The notes beneath the pieces were generated by a model that made no database searches, was not told where the DNA came from, and saw nothing but the letters and a program-made list of their open reading frames with translations. Shown here piece by piece: positions 59,591 to 63,439 of a stretch of 63,439 nucleotides of DNA. The stretch's first letter is position 1. Every line of letters begins with the position of its first letter. Made by a program: the position numbers and the translations under genes. This DNA is from a virus (lineage: Duplodnaviria; Caudoviricetes): positions 1 to 63,439 of IMG/VR virus record IMGVR_UViG_3300044825_001916; one strand, 5' to 3'.

Positions 59591-60145
59591 TCAGAACGGG
59601 TTCACGGCAGCCGCGAACTGGTGCTTCGCGATCTTGGCCTGAACGATGGTGAAAGCGTCACCGGGCACGTTGTTGATGTCGGTGGCGATGTTGAGGACCG
59701 CGAGCTGCCCCGCCGTGCTGGCGGAGGTCGTCGCGTTCATCGTCGCTGTGGACATGCCGAGCCCGTTGCTCGCGGTGATGTTCGTGAAGTCGGCCTGCTG
59801 GCCGATTTCCGAAATCGTCACCGGGCCGTCCGCCTGGATCTCGTAGACGATCTCCGGGTCAGACGTGAAGTACGCGACGATGTCGGTCGCGACGGTGTTC
59901 GCGGGCCACACGTTCGAGACCACGCGACGGCCAGTGACCGGCGTGTACTCGCAGCCCTGGAACGAACCCACGAAGGCGTCGCCGATGGCGGCGGCCTGGA
60001 GGGTGCCGTCGGTGCCGATCTTCACAGGCTGGCCCGTGAAGATGTTCGCAGCATAAGCGGAGGCGATAGTGCCGGCCTCCTGACGGATCACCCCCGAGGG
60101 GTGCTTCGCCGGGCGGAGCCCGAACGGTGCGTTAACCGAAGACAT
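59591..60145 (-). CDS. capsid-associated protein (second copy)
   Basis: Identical to 3796-4350. Confidence 0.65.
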   Translation of the reverse strand: MSSVNAPFGLRPAKHPSGVIRQEAGTIASAYAANIFTGQPVKIGTDGTLQAAAIGDAFVGSFQGCEYTPVTGRRVVSNVWPANTVATDIVAYFTSDPEIVYEIQADGPVTISEIGQQADFTNITASNGLGMSTATMNATTSASTAGQLAVLNIATDINNVPGDAFTIVQAKIAKHQFAAAVNPF

Positions 60146-60189
60146 CCTATGTCTCTTTCACGCAAGGGGTTGGGGAACCCCACGCTTCT

Positions 60190-60735
60190 CTAGGTGAAGA
60201 TGGGCGTGGGAACGTGGCGCCGCATGTCCGCCGTACCATCGCCTTCCATCACGTTCGACCCCATCGCGCGCGCCTGCTCGCGGATCAGGTCGGCCGTCTC
60301 GGCCAGCTTGCCCTCTTCCTCCATTGGCATCTTGTGATGCGCCTCGGCCATGTACCGCTGGTACAGGGACGTGGGCAGCTTGAATGCCAGCATCTCGTTG
60401 ACACCGATGAAGCCCTGATATTCGCCCGTCTTCAGAGTGGCATAATCCCAGCCGGGCACGTCCTTCGGGGTGATCGGCTCATATCCGAGACGGATGCGAG
60501 CCTGGATGGTGTCGCGAGGGTTGGTGGTTGTGAGCCAGCAAACGTGATAGCCGGGGATCTCCGGCAGATCGGGCAGCGCAGACTGCCAGAACGACTGGCG
60601 GAACATGGACACGCGGTCGTTGTCCGACAGCTCTCGGTCCTGCGTCACAGCGCGATCCTGCATCGCGCGGTCAGACTTGTCCGAGCCCATGCTCTTCTTC
60701 AGGCGTTCGTCGATCGAGTTGGTCATGTCACTCAC
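60190..60735 (-). CDS. head-cluster protein (second copy)
   Basis: Identical to 4395-4940. Confidence 0.75.
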   Translation of the reverse strand: MSDMTNSIDERLKKSMGSDKSDRAMQDRAVTQDRELSDNDRVSMFRQSFWQSALPDLPEIPGYHVCWLTTTNPRDTIQARIRLGYEPITPKDVPGWDYATLKTGEYQGFIGVNEMLAFKLPTSLYQRYMAEAHHKMPMEEEGKLAETADLIREQARAMGSNVMEGDGTADMRRHVPTPIFT

Positions 60736-60740
60736 TCCTA

Positions 60741-61649
60741 TCAGCGAGTTGCGTTTCGTTCAGCGTCGGCCATGCGCGCAAGAACTCGCTTGCGCTTCAC
60801 GGGGTCATCCCACACGCCAGCCTCGACCATGGCCTGCTTGGCCTCGGGGCTGACGTAGACTTCCCTCTTTGTAGACGACGAAGCATGTTCCCGGCCACCA
60901 CCAATTGGCGGGCCGCGACGGGTTGCCGGCCCAGGCTTCTGAGGCGCACCGGCACGGGACGGCAGCCGCTTCTCGACGCGGCGCTGCAGCTCGTCCCAAT
61001 ATTCAGCCGTGGTCGGATCCCAGCCTTCAGCCGCCAAGCGATTGTCGATCGCGTTGACGATCGCGCTGTCCTCGTCCTTGGCGTCGGGATCGTACCAGGG
61101 GTTATCTTCCATCCACTCCTGGGCGTGGGTCTTCAGGCGCGGGTCCACGCGCTCCGGCGGGGCGTCGGCGCGCTGGAAGCGGGTCTTCACCGCCGACAGC
61201 TCGCGGGCCTCGTTGAGCGCCTCGTCCCGGGCCCGGAGGGCCTGGGCGGTGCGGGTGCCGTCGCCGGCCTGCACTGCCTCGGCCAGGACGCGCTCGGCGT
61301 GCTGGGCGCGCAGCTGGGCGGTGGAGAGGCGCTCGTCGACCGCGCGCAGATCCTGCTGGACCGTGCGGCCCTCAAGGGACTGCAGGCGGCGCTCAAGTTC
61401 CTCGTTGCGGCGGCGGAGGACGTCCAGCTCCGCCAGCGTCATCTCTTTGCCCTTGCGGCGGCGCTCGCGGGCCCGGCGGCGCTCCTCACGCCGTGCCGCA
61501 CGGACCTCTTCGGAGCCGCCCTCCTCCTGACCGTCCTCGCCTTCGGACCCAGCGGAGAGGCGCTCGTCGCGCTCGTCGCCCTGATCGGGCGGCGTCTCAA
61601 CGACGACGATGTCGTCGTCGTCCTTCTCGGTGATCTTCTCGGTACTCAT
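60741..61649 (-). CDS. scaffolding protein (second copy)
   Basis: Identical to 4946-5854. Confidence 0.7.
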   Translation of the reverse strand: MSTEKITEKDDDDIVVVETPPDQGDERDERLSAGSEGEDGQEEGGSEEVRAARREERRRARERRRKGKEMTLAELDVLRRRNEELERRLQSLEGRTVQQDLRAVDERLSTAQLRAQHAERVLAEAVQAGDGTRTAQALRARDEALNEARELSAVKTRFQRADAPPERVDPRLKTHAQEWMEDNPWYDPDAKDEDSAIVNAIDNRLAAEGWDPTTAEYWDELQRRVEKRLPSRAGAPQKPGPATRRGPPIGGGREHASSSTKREVYVSPEAKQAMVEAGVWDDPVKRKRVLARMADAERNATR

Positions 61650-61672
61650 GCTCGGCTCCTTTCAGCCAAACG

Positions 61673-62101
61673 TCAGATGAAAGCCTTGATGGCCAGCGGG
61701 TCGCCGGTCACCTTTCCGATCACGTCGAGGTCGTTGAAGATCACGAACATCGCCGGCTCGTCGCGGTTCTCAGTGGGCACTTCCCACCGATCGCCGCCGT
61801 ACTTGGGCACGCGCACGAAGTCGCCAGGGCCGCACCATGCGCCCTCTTTCCACTCCTGCATGGTGTCGCGGTTGCGGAAGGCGAGCGGTCCCATGGCGAC
61901 AACCTTCGCCACCTGGGTGTTCCACTTCTCCGTGTCCTTGGTCTCGGACGTCAGGATGATGCCGCCCGCGCTCTTCATCTTCGGGGTTCGGATCTGCACC
62001 AGGATCCGCGATCCTGCTGGTTCCACGCCCGGATCCGCGGCCGGAAATGCCTGCCGCAGGCGCTCAGTAGACTGGTTTTCCGACGTGACGCTCGATGCCA
62101 C
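61673..62101 (-). CDS. groES: co-chaperonin GroES (second copy)
   Basis: Identical to 5878-6306. Confidence 0.85.
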   Translation of the reverse strand: MASSVTSENQSTERLRQAFPAADPGVEPAGSRILVQIRTPKMKSAGGIILTSETKDTEKWNTQVAKVVAMGPLAFRNRDTMQEWKEGAWCGPGDFVRVPKYGGDRWEVPTENRDEPAMFVIFNDLDVIGKVTGDPLAIKAFI

Positions 62102-62288
62102 CGTCCATCTCCTCAAGACGATCTCCGATTGCCATTTCGACAACCTCGATCGCGCGTTGCAGACCGGCGTACATGCCGGTCACCCTCCCGTACTCGAACG
62201 CATCGCGTCCTGCCGGGCTGCTCATGGCCTGATGAGCGATCTCGTTGAGTTCGCGCTTCAGGGCGGACAATATCCGCACTTCTGACAT
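62064..62288 (-). CDS. small head-cluster protein (second copy)
   Basis: Identical to 6269-6493. Confidence 0.65.
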   Translation of the reverse strand: MSEVRILSALKRELNEIAHQAMSSPAGRDAFEYGRVTGMYAGLQRAIEVVEMAIGDRLEEMDGGIERHVGKPVY

Positions 62289-62327
62289 TATGGTGCCGCC
62301 AAGCAGGACGCAAGCATCGCTCTGGGA

Positions 62328-62480
62328 TTACTTCGCGGGAGCCTTGCCGCCGCCGGAGGATTTGCCGTTGGTCGAGCGGATTGGCGCCTTCGGCATGTTG
62401 GTCTTGTTGCCCGTCATGGGGTTGTTGCCCATGGCGAGGTTCTTGCGCAGCGGGATCAGGTTGGCGTTCGGGGTCTTCAT
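62328..62480 (-). CDS. small basic protein (second copy)
   Basis: Identical to 6533-6685. Confidence 0.6.
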   Translation of the reverse strand: MKTPNANLIPLRKNLAMGNNPMTGNKTNMPKAPIRSTNGKSSGGGKAPAK

Positions 62481-62491
62481 GGCACTCTCCT

Positions 62492-63439
62492 TCACGGGGA
62501 CGGGTTGATGCCGGTGCCCGTCGAGAGGCCCGAGCGATTGCCGGCGAGGATCTCGGCGCTGGAGATGCGCAGAGCGGTGTCGTTGTCCTGGGTGTTGATA
62601 GCCTGGCGCGCAGCCAGCTCGGCCATCTTGCGCTTGTCCTCCGCAGCCTGGCGCTCGGCCTGGAGCTGGATGTCGACGTTCGCGCGCATCTGCTCGACGG
62701 CGATGTCGGTCTGCTGCTCCATGGCGCGCTCCTGCATCTTGATCTGGTCAAGCTGCGCGTCGCGCTGGCTTTCGGCCTGCTGGATGGCCAGCTTCTGCTG
62801 GTCGAGCTGAGCGCGCTGGGCGTCGGCCTGGGCGCGCTGCTGCAGGGCCTGCATCTGAACCTGCCCGGGGTCGGTCGGCTTCGGCTGCATGGACTGCACG
62901 TACTGGATCGCCTGCTGCAGGATGGGCGGCAGCTGAGCCAGGGCCTGACCGCCGGCCGCGACGACGTCGTCCGACGCCACCGCCAGGAGCCGGTCGAAGT
63001 TCTGGTTTACCTCGGGATCCTTCGGATCCATGAGCTGCGCGATGTCCATGCCCGCAGCCTCGCTCGTCAGGCTGAACACGGCGTTCACGTACCAGAGCGC
63101 GATGTGGTCGCGCAGGTGCGTGATCATGGACGGCACGAAGGTCGGCGAGATGGCCGGGTTCTGGCCGAACACGGGGCTCATCAGGAAGTCCAGGTGGACC
63201 TTGATGTGGGCCGCGTGATCCTGGTCGGGGAAGGCGACGATCGGGCGCGACATGGTCGCGGCGACGTTCTCGTTCACCGGGTTCATGCGCTCGGGCTCCG
63301 GCTTCGGCAGCAGGAGGCGCTTCGCCGCGTCCGGGATCTTGCTCTGCTCGAGGATCATCTCCTCGACCTTGCGCAGGTCGTACAGCTGCGGCATCGCCGC
63401 GGCCCGCTGCGCGATGAGCGCGACCTGGGCGTGGCGCTG
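62492..63439 (-). CDS. portal protein C-terminal part (5'-truncated by window edge)
   Basis: Identical to 6697-7644. Confidence 0.9.
   Translation of the reverse strand, partial: QRHAQVALIAQRAAAMPQLYDLRKVEEMILEQSKIPDAAKRLLLPKPEPERMNPVNENVAATMSRPIVAFPDQDHAAHIKVHLDFLMSPVFGQNPAISPTFVPSMITHLRDHIALWYVNAVFSLTSEAAGMDIAQLMDPKDPEVNQNFDRLLAVASDDVVAAGGQALAQLPPILQQAIQYVQSMQPKPTDPGQVQMQALQQRAQADAQRAQLDQQKLAIQQAESQRDAQLDQIKMQERAMEQQTDIAVEQMRANVDIQLQAERQAAEDKRKMAELAARQAINTQDNDTALRISSAEILAGNRSGLSTGTGINPSP

Larger units (their letters stand above)
58662..63439. repeat. long direct repeat, copy 2
   Basis: Matches 2867-7644 up to the window end. Confidence 0.97.

Noticed and set aside
58662-63439. True duplication of the head genes
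   Set aside because: Identity runs to the window edge mid-portal, as expected for circular overlap or terminal redundancy.

Overview
High-GC tailed bacteriophage genome with podovirus-like (P22-type) organisation; the host is probably an alphaproteobacterium (inference). The window holds slightly more than one genome. Positions 2867-7644 recur at 58662-63439 (offset 55,795 nt). Positions 1-2866 and 56758-58661 are two different alleles of the cassette downstream of the major capsid gene. Modules: head genes (capsid, scaffold, GroES, portal); two cargo/effector genes between portal and terL; terL with a class-3 LAGLIDADG intein; terS; an AT-rich IHF-site region; an early accessory region; primase-helicase, RusA, Sak4-like, SSB, Cas4-like and SF2 helicase genes; putative ejected proteins; tail, lysis and fibre genes; small Lys-rich proteins; four free-standing HNH/EndoVII endonucleases. 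The most interesting signal is a [FYML]-[ASK]-x-G-G-x-[VLA]-like motif, found about 14 times in putative virion cargo proteins. It sits at boundaries between enzymatic modules (two ADP-ribosyltransferase-like domains, a lytic transglycosylase, an EndoIII-like glycosylase, a beta-barrel-like tail), suggesting a motif-delimited cargo/polyprotein delivery system. No tRNA, CRISPR, integrase, DNA polymerase or RT was recognised. All family calls come from motif recognition by eye, not database searches.
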